DNA from: Elusimicrobiales bacterium
GTDB taxonomy: Bacteria; Elusimicrobiota; Elusimicrobia; Elusimicrobiales; UBA9959
Length of the DNA stretch: 64,000 bases
Assembly: GCA_041665305.1 (NCBI GenBank)
Contig: JBAYJD010000009.1
Span: 665 to 64,664, forward strand
Direction: 5' to 3'
The notes below the pieces were generated by a model. That model worked only from the letters and a program-made list of their open reading frames with translations. It searched no databases and was not told the origin of the DNA. The translations under genes were made by a program, and so were the position numbers. Positions 30,173 to 38,460 of the stretch are shown here, piece after piece. Position 1 is the stretch's first letter. Each line of letters begins with the position of its first letter.

Positions 30173-31975
30173 ATGCCGCCAACCAAAGGTCTGCAGAGAA
30201 AGAAAAATATCAGGGAGATCCTGATAGACGGGGGCCTTGTTCCCGAGGACAAGGTAAAAGCCGCCGAGGAACTCTCCAAAAAGGAGAGCAAGCCGCTTCA
30301 GCAGACGCTGGTGGAAATGAAACTCGTGGACGAGCTGACGCTGCTGAAGGTCCTCGCCGACGAATGGGGGTTTAAAGCTGTGGACCTCTCTAAAATGGAG
30401 GTCCCCAGGGAGACGGTGCAGACCCTGCCGGAGGCCATCGCCATGAGGCAGGGGTGCGTGCCTTTCGCCATGAAGGACGGAGTGATGTTCCTGGCGATGT
30501 CGGACCCCCGTGATTTCCTGGTGGTCGAAGATATCGGGCTGAGGACAGGCCTTGAAGTCAAAGCCTATCTGGCCCTGCCGCAGGGGATCAATAAGGTCCT
30601 GGACAGCGTGTACGGAAAAGCCGACGCCGCCCAGGTCGACCAACTCGTGGAATCCGTCACCCAGGCCGCGCCTAAAGGGCCGGGCGAGGAAGAATCTTTT
30701 TCCCTGGCCGAAGAGGCCGAAAAAAAGGACATCAGCGATGTCGACGCCAACGCTCCCGAAGTGGAGCGCCTGGTCAACGCCATAATACTGGGGGCTCTCA
30801 GTATAAAAGCTTCGGATATCCATGTGGAGCCTTTTGAGGACCCGAACGGAAAAAATTCCAAGGTCATGATCCGTTACCGGGTGGACGGGATGCTCCGGGC
30901 GGCCTCTTTTTCCGTGCCCTGGGCCTATCGGCAGGCTATAACCGCCAAGATAAAGATCATGACCAATTCCATGAACATCACGGAACGGCGCATTCCGCAG
31001 AGCGGGCGCATACAGATCATCGCCAAAGGCAACCCCATCGAGTTCCGCGTGGAAATGATCCCGACCGTATACGGCGAGGCGTGCGTCATGCGTATCCTGG
31101 ACCGGGCTTCGGTGCGCGTGGATATCAAGGTCATGGGCTTTCTGCCGGATACGGAAGAAAAACTGCTCGCCCAGTTCCAGGGGATAGGCGGAAAAAAGAA
31201 TTTCGGCTTAGTGCTGGTCTGCGGCCCCACGGGCTCGGGCAAGTCCACCACTCTCTACGGTTGTCTTAACTATGTGAACCGTCCCGACATAAAGATTCTC
31301 ACGGCCGAGAATCCAGTGGAATACAATATCGACGGTATCGTCCAGGTCCCGGTCAACCCCGACATCAAGCTGGGCGAAGATAAGCGGTTCGATTTTGCCA
31401 GCGCGCTGCGGTCGTTCATGCGTCTGGACCCGGATGTCATCATGGTCGGCGAGATCCGGGACCAGGAGACCGCGCATATCGCGCTTGAAGCCGCCATGAC
31501 CGGCCACCTGGTTTTTTCCACCATTCACACCAACGACTCGGCTTCCGCGCTGGAGAGGCTGACCCAGATGGGGATTCCGCGCTTCGTGGTCGCCAATACC
31601 ATGAAAGCCGTGCTCGCCCAGCGGCTGGCCCGGCGGCTCTGTCCCGATTGCAAAAAAGAAGCGGACCTCTCGCCGGAGGAAAGGGCCGTTTTTGAGGCCA
31701 ATAATGTCAGGATCCCGGCCGGCGCCAAGGTTTTTGCGGCGGTCGGCTGTGAGAAATGCAAGACCACCGGGTATAAAGGCCGCTTAGGCATGCATGAACT
31801 GCTCATCCTCAACGAGCCCATCCGCACCCAGCTTCTGAGCGACCCTTCCGCTATTCCCGTCAAGAACATCGCCATGAAAGCGGGCATGCGGTCGCTGGCC
31901 ATGGACGGGCTGGAAAAAGTTATTCTGGGTCTTACCACGGTCAAGGAAGTCCTCGGCGGGGCGGCCGAAAAATAA
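30173..31975 (+). CDS. Type IV pilus / T2SS assembly ATPase (PilB/GspE family)
   Basis: ASDIHVEP, RIPQSGR, GPTGSGKST, RLDPDVIMVGEIRD, TGHLVFSTIHTN, CPDC...CEKC. Confidence 0.93.
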   Translation: MPPTKGLQRKKNIREILIDGGLVPEDKVKAAEELSKKESKPLQQTLVEMKLVDELTLLKVLADEWGFKAVDLSKMEVPRETVQTLPEAIAMRQGCVPFAMKDGVMFLAMSDPRDFLVVEDIGLRTGLEVKAYLALPQGINKVLDSVYGKADAAQVDQLVESVTQAAPKGPGEEESFSLAEEAEKKDISDVDANAPEVERLVNAIILGALSIKASDIHVEPFEDPNGKNSKVMIRYRVDGMLRAASFSVPWAYRQAITAKIKIMTNSMNITERRIPQSGRIQIIAKGNPIEFRVEMIPTVYGEACVMRILDRASVRVDIKVMGFLPDTEEKLLAQFQGIGGKKNFGLVLVCGPTGSGKSTTLYGCLNYVNRPDIKILTAENPVEYNIDGIVQVPVNPDIKLGEDKRFDFASALRSFMRLDPDVIMVGEIRDQETAHIALEAAMTGHLVFSTIHTNDSASALERLTQMGIPRFVVANTMKAVLAQRLARRLCPDCKKEADLSPEERAVFEANNVRIPAGAKVFAAVGCEKCKTTGYKGRLGMHELLILNEPIRTQLLSDPSAIPVKNIAMKAGMRSLAMDGLEKVILGLTTVKEVLGGAAEK

Positions 31976-32073
31976 AAATTCAGGCGCGGCGTTTTTACAG
32001 CGTTCAGGGCGGGAAAACCACGGGGCGGGAAGAAACTCGAGCGGAAAATAAATCGCGGCCTCGGGAGATATTT

Positions 32074-32790
32074 ATGATCAAAAAAATTTTATTCGGGCTG
32101 GCGGTCGTCGTGTTCCAGGCGGGGGCGGTCCGCGCCGGTTCCGGCACTTACTCCGGTTTTCCCGGCGCGGCGGCTTCGGACCTCAGGCCTTTTGCCAGGG
32201 ACCTGGGCGGGCTTTTGGGCAGCGGGACCAACCAGACAGCCCGGGTGCTGGGTTTCGGCGGGTTCGATGTCAGCGGCAGGGGCTCTATGCAGTTCGAGCC
32301 GGAACATAAGGACGGCATCCTGAAAAAAAACAAGCCTTTCGGCCTCGGCTGGGTGCAGGCCGAGATAGGCATGCCTTACCGCATAGACGGTTTTATCAAA
32401 GCCGCCTCCTTCGATAACATGGCGGTCGCCGGCGGGGGACTGAAGTACGGCCTTACCCAGCCGCAGAAAAAAATGCAGGCTATGCTGGTCGCCACCGGTA
32501 ATCTGGCCGCCCATAAATTTTTTTACGCCGCGCATTACTCTTACGGTCTGGTAGTATCCTTTAACACCCCGGTCGTTTCCCCGTATTTCGGCCTGGGAAT
32601 GGATAATACAAGGCTTACGGTCCAGATCGTCAACGATCCTTCCCTGTCGGGCAGGCGCGTTTCCGTTTCAGCTCCCAGGTACATGGCGGGCGCAAAGATG
32701 ACATTTTTAACATACGGCTATCTTTCCGGCGGATATACCTATACGCACGGCCGGGGGCTTGTCACCGCCGGGCTGGGTTTGCGTATATAA
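32074..32790 (+). CDS. Secreted hypothetical protein, probable outer-membrane beta-barrel
   Basis: Signal peptide; alternating beta-strand pattern; C-terminal AGLGLRI. Confidence 0.6.
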   Translation: MIKKILFGLAVVVFQAGAVRAGSGTYSGFPGAAASDLRPFARDLGGLLGSGTNQTARVLGFGGFDVSGRGSMQFEPEHKDGILKKNKPFGLGWVQAEIGMPYRIDGFIKAASFDNMAVAGGGLKYGLTQPQKKMQAMLVATGNLAAHKFFYAAHYSYGLVVSFNTPVVSPYFGLGMDNTRLTVQIVNDPSLSGRRVSVSAPRYMAGAKMTFLTYGYLSGGYTYTHGRGLVTAGLGLRI

Positions 32791-32822
32791 AGTAAAAATC
32801 TTGGGACAAAAATCTTTACCGG

Positions 32823-33296
32823 TCAGCCTTTGAATTTTTCTTTGAAGTCCCTGCGGAGTTCCCTGTCGATCTCGCGTTTCTTTGTCGCTTCGTGTTTGTC
32901 CGGGGCTTTCCTGCCCTTGGCCAATGCCAGGACGACTTTGGCCCAGCCTTTCTTGAAATAGACCTCAAGCGGCACGATAGCGGTGCCTTTGGTGGCGGTG
33001 GAGTTGGTGAGTCTTTTGATCTCTTTTTTATTCAGGAGGAGTTTTCTGGTCCGGATGGGGTCCAGTTCTTTTACCGTATTGAAAATGTACGGAGGGATGT
33101 GCATACCGTAAAGGTAGAGCCCGTCGCTTTCCACCCTGGCGAAGCTTTGGGTGATCTGGGCCTGTTTCAGGCGCAGAGATTTTACCTCCGGCCCTTCCAG
33201 CACCAAGCCCGCCTCGAAGGTCTCCAGGATCTCGTAATCATGCCTGGCCTTTCTGTTCGTGGCGACGGTCTCTATCTCGGGTTCTTTTTTTTTCAT
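32823..33296 (-). CDS. smpB: SsrA-binding protein
   Basis: NRKARHDY, EAGLVLEGPEVKSLR, RTRKLLL, VPLEVYFK. Confidence 0.97.
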   Translation of the reverse strand: MKKKEPEIETVATNRKARHDYEILETFEAGLVLEGPEVKSLRLKQAQITQSFARVESDGLYLYGMHIPPYIFNTVKELDPIRTRKLLLNKKEIKRLTNSTATKGTAIVPLEVYFKKGWAKVVLALAKGRKAPDKHEATKKREIDRELRRDFKEKFKG

Positions 33297-33409
33297 TGTA
33301 AAAGCGGCCTGAATTTCCTAAAATAGTATCGAGCGGTAACTGGTGCCTGAACATTAGCCGGTATTATTTTACTAGTTACGGGCTGTTGATTGCCAGAAAC
33401 ATTTTATAT

Positions 33410-33493
33410 GGGCGGGTGGCGGAACTGGCAGACGCGCACGGCTCAGGACCGTGTGGCCGAAAGGCCTTATGGGTTCAAGTCCCTTCTCGCCCA
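33410..33493 (+). tRNA. tRNA-Leu(CAG), CCA not encoded
   Basis: Acceptor gggcggg/ctcgccc, D-arm tggcggaactggcagacgcg, anticodon stem cacgg-ctCAGga-ccgtg, long variable arm, ggttcaagt. Confidence 0.93.
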
Positions 33494-33752
33494 TTTATTT
33501 AAGGCCGGACCTCGAGGTCCGGCCTTATTATTGGGCGGGAAGGGACTTGAAGCCGACACCGGCCCATCCGGTGGATGAAAAGCGAAGCGTCAGCCGGTGC
33601 GGCCGGCTTTGGAGGAGGTCGCGGGAGCGACCGGGGGAAAAGAAGTCCCTTCTCGCCCATTTATTTAAGGCCGGACCTCGAGGTCCGGCCTTATTATTGG
33701 GCGGGAAGGGACTTGAAGCCGACACCGGCGCATCCGGTGGATGAAAAGCGAA
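33477..33752 (+). repeat. Two 110-bp direct repeats (33477-33586, 33643-33752; 1 mismatch) starting with the tRNA-Leu 3' end
   Basis: Direct alignment; period 166 bp. Confidence 0.9.
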
Positions 33753-33890
33753 AAAATTTTTGAGGCAAAAATTTTTACCATGTCCCGCCCCAGAGGGCGG
33801 GATTTTTTTGCGGTAAGAGGGAGTTGAGGGAGAAAGAAGTTTCTCCCTCAACTCCGGCACGGGGATGGGGAAAACCCCGTGCCGGGTACG

Positions 33891-33917
33891 ATAAAATGTC
33901 GTCTTACGACATTTTAT
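33891..33917. repeat. Palindromic repeat family B (ATAAAATGTCGTCTTACGACATTTTAT); also 35194-35220, 47777-47799, degenerate at 8810-8836
   Basis: Near-identical palindromes. Confidence 0.8.
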
Positions 33918-34921
33918 TTAAGGGTCAGCTGGCCTTGAAACACTTCGGAAAGGTCTTTTTGCGTCAGCGGCATGCCCGTCGGAAGGCTGCAATTCAGCGC
34001 AACGGTAAGACCGGGCTCCTGCGAAATACTGTAAAATCCGGACGCTGCTTGCGGCGTTTCCGTAATTACAAATGTTTTGGGCCGCGAGGCGTCACGGCTG
34101 TAGCCGGGATCAATATTGTATATGTCCAGGTGGCACAGCAATTGCGTGCCGGCCGGCTCGTCTTTTCCCGGAACGGTCAGGAATTTTTTGTCCAGCAGCT
34201 TTTTCCACAGCGCGGGCGAGATGGTAAAAGAGCCGCCGACCGCGGGCGGCTTGATCTCAGCCGGGCCGCCTTCAAGAGCCAGGTAAATGCGGCCGATATT
34301 GTTCCCGATCTCCTGGCATTCGCCTTCGGTATCCGTATAGCCGTTGCCGGCGGGCATTCTGCGGTCTCCAAGCACCGGCGCGAGCATTTCCGCCTGAGTG
34401 GCCGCACACTCGTCTATTCTGCTGAGATTATGCGTCATTTCATGCACTAATTTCTGGGCGATAACGGCGGTGCGAAGCTGGAACGCCGAGTTGCACGCAT
34501 TTATAATGTTGCGGTTGGTGTTGGTAGTGTACATTTCGTAGTGCGTCCCCTCGCAAAAACCACGATCCGGTTCTCCGTCGTAGGGATAGTCGAAGGAAAG
34601 GTTCTCGCTTTTAAGGCGCGCCGCGATTTTTTGATAATCGGCACGCAATTGCTCGGGATCATTGATTAGCGCGGCGGCCTGGGCGCTTTCCGGAGAGGAC
34701 AGGAACCGGATGCTTGCCTCTACCCAGTCGATAGCCATCTTTCTGGCGAGCGCCAGTTTCTCGGCGCGCGCCGATATTTTGCCGGCGCCGGCCGGAACAG
34801 GAATGCGCTGGTTGGATGCCGGAACTTGCCGTTCGAGTCCGGCTAAAGCACCTTCATGCGTGTGTGCCGCCGCCGGACCCGCCGAGGCGAGCGCTGCTGC
34901 CGCTATCAATATTTTCACCAT
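33914..34921 (-). CDS. Secreted protein with HExxH motif, putative zinc metalloprotease
   Basis: Signal peptide; INAC...KLVHEMTH...E. Confidence 0.6.
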   Translation of the reverse strand: MVKILIAAAALASAGPAAAHTHEGALAGLERQVPASNQRIPVPAGAGKISARAEKLALARKMAIDWVEASIRFLSSPESAQAAALINDPEQLRADYQKIAARLKSENLSFDYPYDGEPDRGFCEGTHYEMYTTNTNRNIINACNSAFQLRTAVIAQKLVHEMTHNLSRIDECAATQAEMLAPVLGDRRMPAGNGYTDTEGECQEIGNNIGRIYLALEGGPAEIKPPAVGGSFTISPALWKKLLDKKFLTVPGKDEPAGTQLLCHLDIYNIDPGYSRDASRPKTFVITETPQAASGFYSISQEPGLTVALNCSLPTGMPLTQKDLSEVFQGQLTLK

Positions 34922-35237
34922 AAGATTGTCCCTCCTGCCATTCCCAAGTCTGGACCCTTTATCAAACAGTTTAATATGCGGAGGGCCTTAAAGCCTGAGC
35001 ATAAAGACCTGCGTCTTTATGTTATAGTGCCCTGAAGACCGTAGGCATAAGGTATCACGGATTCAGGGCCTTATGGCCCAGGGCTGTTCTGAAAGGAAAC
35101 GGCATCCCGCTCCAATTTAGTAAAAATTTTTACCGCTAAAATTTTTACCATACCCCGCCCTATAGGGCGGGGTTACCATTCGGTAAGAGGAAGATAAAAT
35201 GTCGTTTTACGGCATTTTATAGTGTGACTTTTAGTCA

Positions 35238-35267
35238 TTGACAATGCCCTTTGGGTTCATGTAAACT
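35238..35267 (+). promoter_or_regulatory. Sigma70-type promoter of the pilin gene; palindrome TGACTTTTAGTCA (35225-35237) abuts the -35
   Basis: TTGACA-18 nt-TAAACT. Confidence 0.6.
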
Positions 35268-35366
35268 ATTATCAGATGAGGGCTTCTCCGGATATCATTC
35301 ATATATCATCCCGGTGGTGTTCTTGTCTCATGTGACGGCACATGCATTATACCAGGAGGTAATAGT

Positions 35367-35807
35367 ATGAAAATGAACAAGAAGGGCTTCACGCTGATCG
35401 AGCTTATGATCGTGGTGGCCATTATCGGTATTCTGGCCGCTATCGCCATCCCGAAGTTTGCTGATCTGATCAACAAATCGAAGGAAGGCGCGACCAAGGG
35501 AGCGCTTTCCAGCGTCAGGAGCGCTATTCAGGTATACTACGGAGATAACGAAGGTATCTTCCCGGCCGGCGATCTGACCCCGCTCACCGCCGCTGGCAAG
35601 TATCTGAACGACATCCCTGTGGCGAAGCTGCCTGGTACCGGACATCTCGATACCGCGCTTGTCACCAACAATGTCGCCAACACCAGCGCCGGCGATGTGG
35701 GCGGCTGGATGTACTTCGCAAATTCGTCCTGGACCGCTACCTGGGGAACCTTCATAGTGGGCTGCACCCAGAACGATCTGAAGGGCGTCGTCTGGACCTC
35801 GTACTAA
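35367..35807 (+). CDS. Type IV pilin
   Basis: KKG/FTLIELMIVVAIIGILAAIAIPKF; strong SD AGGAGG. Confidence 0.95.
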   Translation: MKMNKKGFTLIELMIVVAIIGILAAIAIPKFADLINKSKEGATKGALSSVRSAIQVYYGDNEGIFPAGDLTPLTAAGKYLNDIPVAKLPGTGHLDTALVTNNVANTSAGDVGGWMYFANSSWTATWGTFIVGCTQNDLKGVVWTSY

Positions 35808-35824
35808 GCAGTGTGACTGAGTTT

Positions 35825-35858
35825 AAAAAGGCCCCGCGCAGCGACGCGGGGCCTTTTT
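35825..35858 (+). terminator. Intrinsic terminator after pilin
   Basis: aaaaaggccccgcg-cagcga-cgcggggccttttt. Confidence 0.8.
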
Positions 35859-35863
35859 AATTT

Positions 35864-36652
35864 ATGATAACCATTACGCTTTTTCTATTTGCGGCCGTTT
35901 TCGGATCGTTGATCGGCAGCTTCCTGAATGTTTGTATTTCCAGGCTGCCGGAAGGCCTGTCCATCGTTAAGCCCCGTTCGCGCTGTCCTAAATGTCTAAC
36001 GCCGATCAGTTTTTATGATAATGTCCCGCTTTTAAGTTTTATTTTTTTGCGCGGCCGCTGCCGCCATTGTTCCCTGCCCATACCCTGGCGTTACCCGGCG
36101 GTGGAAATCCTGACCGGCGTTGCGACCGCCCTGCTTTTTTTAAAATGGCGGGCGGAGCCGGCCTGGCTGGCCGCGGCCCTCTGCGCGGCGTATCTCCTTA
36201 TCGTGATAGCGTTCATAGATCTTGAAACAATGATGATCGCCGATATCTTTTCATACGGCCTTCTCTGCCTGGGTTTGGCCTCCTGTTTTTTTAATCCTTA
36301 TTTTTCGGGCCCGGCTTTGAGTCGTTTCCTGGGCTTCCTGGCTGGCGGCGCGTCCGGGGCTTTCATCGTATGGCTTATGGCCTGGCTGGGGGCCAGGATC
36401 TACAAAAAAGAAGCCGTGGGAGAGGGGGATATCTTTCTAATGTCCGGCATCGGGGCTTTAACCGGCTGGCAGGGAGTGATCTCCGCGCTGATCATGGCGT
36501 CTTTTTTCGGTTCCGTCTATGGTATAACCCTCCTGCTGGCCAAAAAAGCGAAGCGGTTCGATCATATTCCTTTCGGCCCGTTCCTGGCGCTGGGGGCGCT
36601 GATAAACCTTTACCGCCTTATAAGGCCGGCGGATCTTTTTTTCTACTGGTAA
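35864..36652 (+). CDS. pilD: Prepilin peptidase (A24)
   Basis: GSFLNVCISRLP, SRCPKC, GRCRHC, FIDLE, GEGD, IPFGPFL. Confidence 0.95.
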   Translation: MITITLFLFAAVFGSLIGSFLNVCISRLPEGLSIVKPRSRCPKCLTPISFYDNVPLLSFIFLRGRCRHCSLPIPWRYPAVEILTGVATALLFLKWRAEPAWLAAALCAAYLLIVIAFIDLETMMIADIFSYGLLCLGLASCFFNPYFSGPALSRFLGFLAGGASGAFIVWLMAWLGARIYKKEAVGEGDIFLMSGIGALTGWQGVISALIMASFFGSVYGITLLLAKKAKRFDHIPFGPFLALGALINLYRLIRPADLFFYW

Positions 36653-36664
36653 AAAACGGTAAAT

Positions 36665-36713
36665 ATAAATAGGGACAGCGACCATTTATTAAATGGTCGC
36701 TGTCCCTATTTAT
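36665..36713. repeat. Perfect 24-bp inverted repeat with 1-nt spacer (REP doublet-like / bidirectional terminator)
   Basis: ataaatagggacagcgaccattta-t-taaatggtcgctgtccctatttat. Confidence 0.85.
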
Positions 36714-36720
36714 CTATTTA

Positions 36721-36852
36721 TGCGGAGTGGACTACGCTACCCTGTCGTGTGTTCCCGGACACCGCGCATGTTTTCCGAAGTAAAACTGCGGAGTGGACTA
36801 CGCTATCCTGTCGTGTGTTTTCGGACACCGCGCCGGTTTTCCGTAGGAAAAC
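36721..36852 (-). repeat. Two tandem 66-bp repeats immediately 3' of tRNA-Ser(UGA)
   Basis: 36721-36786 and 36787-36852; each ends CTCCGCA on the minus strand, like the tRNA 3' end CTCCGCCA. Confidence 0.88.
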
Positions 36853-36942
36853 TGGCGGAGAGGGAGGGATTCGAACCCACGGTACGCATAAGCGTACACC
36901 GGTTTTCAAGACCGGCGCCATAAACCACTCGGCCACCTCTCC
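36853..36942 (-). tRNA. tRNA-Ser(UGA), CCA encoded
   Basis: ggagagg/cctctcc-gcca; ccggt-ctTGAaa-accgg; long variable arm; ggttcgaatcc. Confidence 0.95.
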
Positions 36943-37016
36943 ATCTCTGTCGCACCCCAATCGCACTGCAAAGCGATTGGGGCGAATAACGCCGGACCTC
37001 TAAAGGAAATCGGTCC
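36943..37016 (-). repeat. tRNA 5'-leader element, copy A
   Basis: Homologous to 42864-42910, 43112-43175 and 43329-43377. Confidence 0.8.
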
Positions 37017-37231
37017 TCCATCACTGTTCAGATTATATAAAATCGGGAGTCCTATAGGACCTGGTTAAAAATTTTTGCGGCAAAAATTTTTACTATCCGC
37101 TTTGATGGGCCAAATGCTGCAAAAATCCGGGACCTTTGACCCAGGTGAATTTCGCGCGATCCTGGTAACCTGTTTCTGTACGCAGCGGCGCGCGGCGCAG
37201 TTCTGTTGGCATCCGGATAGGGGAAACAATA

Positions 37232-38407
37232 ATGAAAATGATCGCTTTAATCGTTCTCATGGCGGGTTGGGGATCGTTCCCCGTGTCCGCTTCCCCGGGT
37301 GTTGAGCGGGGCATGTACCAGGTAGGAGACAACCAGGCCAGCCGGATCACGGCCGTCGAGTTTGATTCGTCGTTCAATTCGGATAATTTTTCGGATGAGC
37401 TTGTTTTTGAAGTCCCTTCCGGCGCTACAAGCATGCAGATAGAAGTTTATGCCTCGGATCTCAGCGCCGTGCCTCTTGTCGCGGACCTGGTCCGGCTAGG
37501 CACGGACGGCGGCGTTGTTGAAACCTTGATCTCTCATGTCGTGGCCCAAGGCTCGGATCCCGCCCTGGTAAGGAATGCGGCGAGTTTCAGCAAAGAGCCT
37601 GGGCCATATTTAAGCCCCAACAGGTCTATCGGCGGTTTAATGGGTTACGCCTCGGCCGTCGTGCCGAACAATCCCGGCGTGGCGCTGACTCCCGGCGCCT
37701 GGCGGGCCAGGATAAAGGACCTCACCGGGGGCCTGAGCGACCGCGGTTTTAAAATGCGCGTGCTTTTCAGGATCCCGGAGACGGCGGCTCGCAAAAAGAT
37801 TTTGCCGCTGAACCTGTATTTTACCGGCGCCGGCGGCTGGACCACAAAAACTTACAGGTCGAATCGCGTGGATATTAAAGCTTTTTTTAACGCGCTCGCC
37901 GTGATCTTTGCCAACGCGGGGATCGAACTGCGGATCGCCTCCGTCGCCGACATCGGGGACGCTTCCAAAGAACCGGAAAAGTTTAAAATAAGTACCGGTG
38001 AGAAACTGAACGAGCTGTTCAGGTCCGGCGGCGCCAAAAACGGCGTTAAATTATTTTTTGTCCAGAGCGTGCTTGGCGGCGTGGGGGGGATTTCCAGCGG
38101 GATCGGAGGGCCTAAGGTGTCGGCGAATTATCCGTTCGGAGGCATCGCCCTCTCGGAGGCTTATACCAGCTATCCCACCATATTTTCAATTATTACAGCT
38201 CATGAGCTCGGCCATTATCTGGGTTTATATCACGACAAGGAATATGGGACGCTTTTGTTCGACCAGATCCCCGACACTACGGACAACGGCGTTCCGCCCA
38301 ATGTGATGGATGCGCAGGCTTCAAATACCCCCGACCAGGTGCGGGAGTTTACGCCGCAGCAAAGCGCCGTCATGTCCCGCCACCCGGCGATCATTGAAAT
38401 CCCGTAA
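37232..38407 (+). CDS. Secreted metzincin metalloprotease (M43/pappalysin-like)
   Basis: Signal peptide; AHELGHYLGLYHD, DQIPDT, NVMD Met-turn, FTPQQ. Confidence 0.8.
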   Translation: MKMIALIVLMAGWGSFPVSASPGVERGMYQVGDNQASRITAVEFDSSFNSDNFSDELVFEVPSGATSMQIEVYASDLSAVPLVADLVRLGTDGGVVETLISHVVAQGSDPALVRNAASFSKEPGPYLSPNRSIGGLMGYASAVVPNNPGVALTPGAWRARIKDLTGGLSDRGFKMRVLFRIPETAARKKILPLNLYFTGAGGWTTKTYRSNRVDIKAFFNALAVIFANAGIELRIASVADIGDASKEPEKFKISTGEKLNELFRSGGAKNGVKLFFVQSVLGGVGGISSGIGGPKVSANYPFGGIALSEAYTSYPTIFSIITAHELGHYLGLYHDKEYGTLLFDQIPDTTDNGVPPNVMDAQASNTPDQVREFTPQQSAVMSRHPAIIEIP

Positions 38408-38460
38408 GAATAGGTCGGCGTCGCAGGGCGGCGCCGGTGAGAAATGGTAAAATATACGTT

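Noticed and set aside
33390..33860. Short ORFs over tRNA/repeat regions (also 36693-37024, 42799-43421, 18434-18637)
   Set aside because: Overlap tRNAs or structured repeats; no RBS or protein-like features
33494..35220. Prophage or ICE at tRNA-Leu
   Set aside because: No integrase or phage/conjugation genes; the att-like repeat is only 166 bp away
33477..36852. CRISPR array (110-bp and 66-bp repeats)
   Set aside because: Only two copies each, wrong length, no unique spacer series, tRNA-associated, no cas genes
36721..36852. HDV-like theta ribozyme after tRNA
   Set aside because: No nested double pseudoknot could be drawn; unit starts with a simple hairpin
36853..36942. Selenocysteine or suppressor tRNA
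   Set aside because: Anticodon UGA reads the Ser codon UCA; tRNA-Sec has anticodon UCA and a longer acceptor stem
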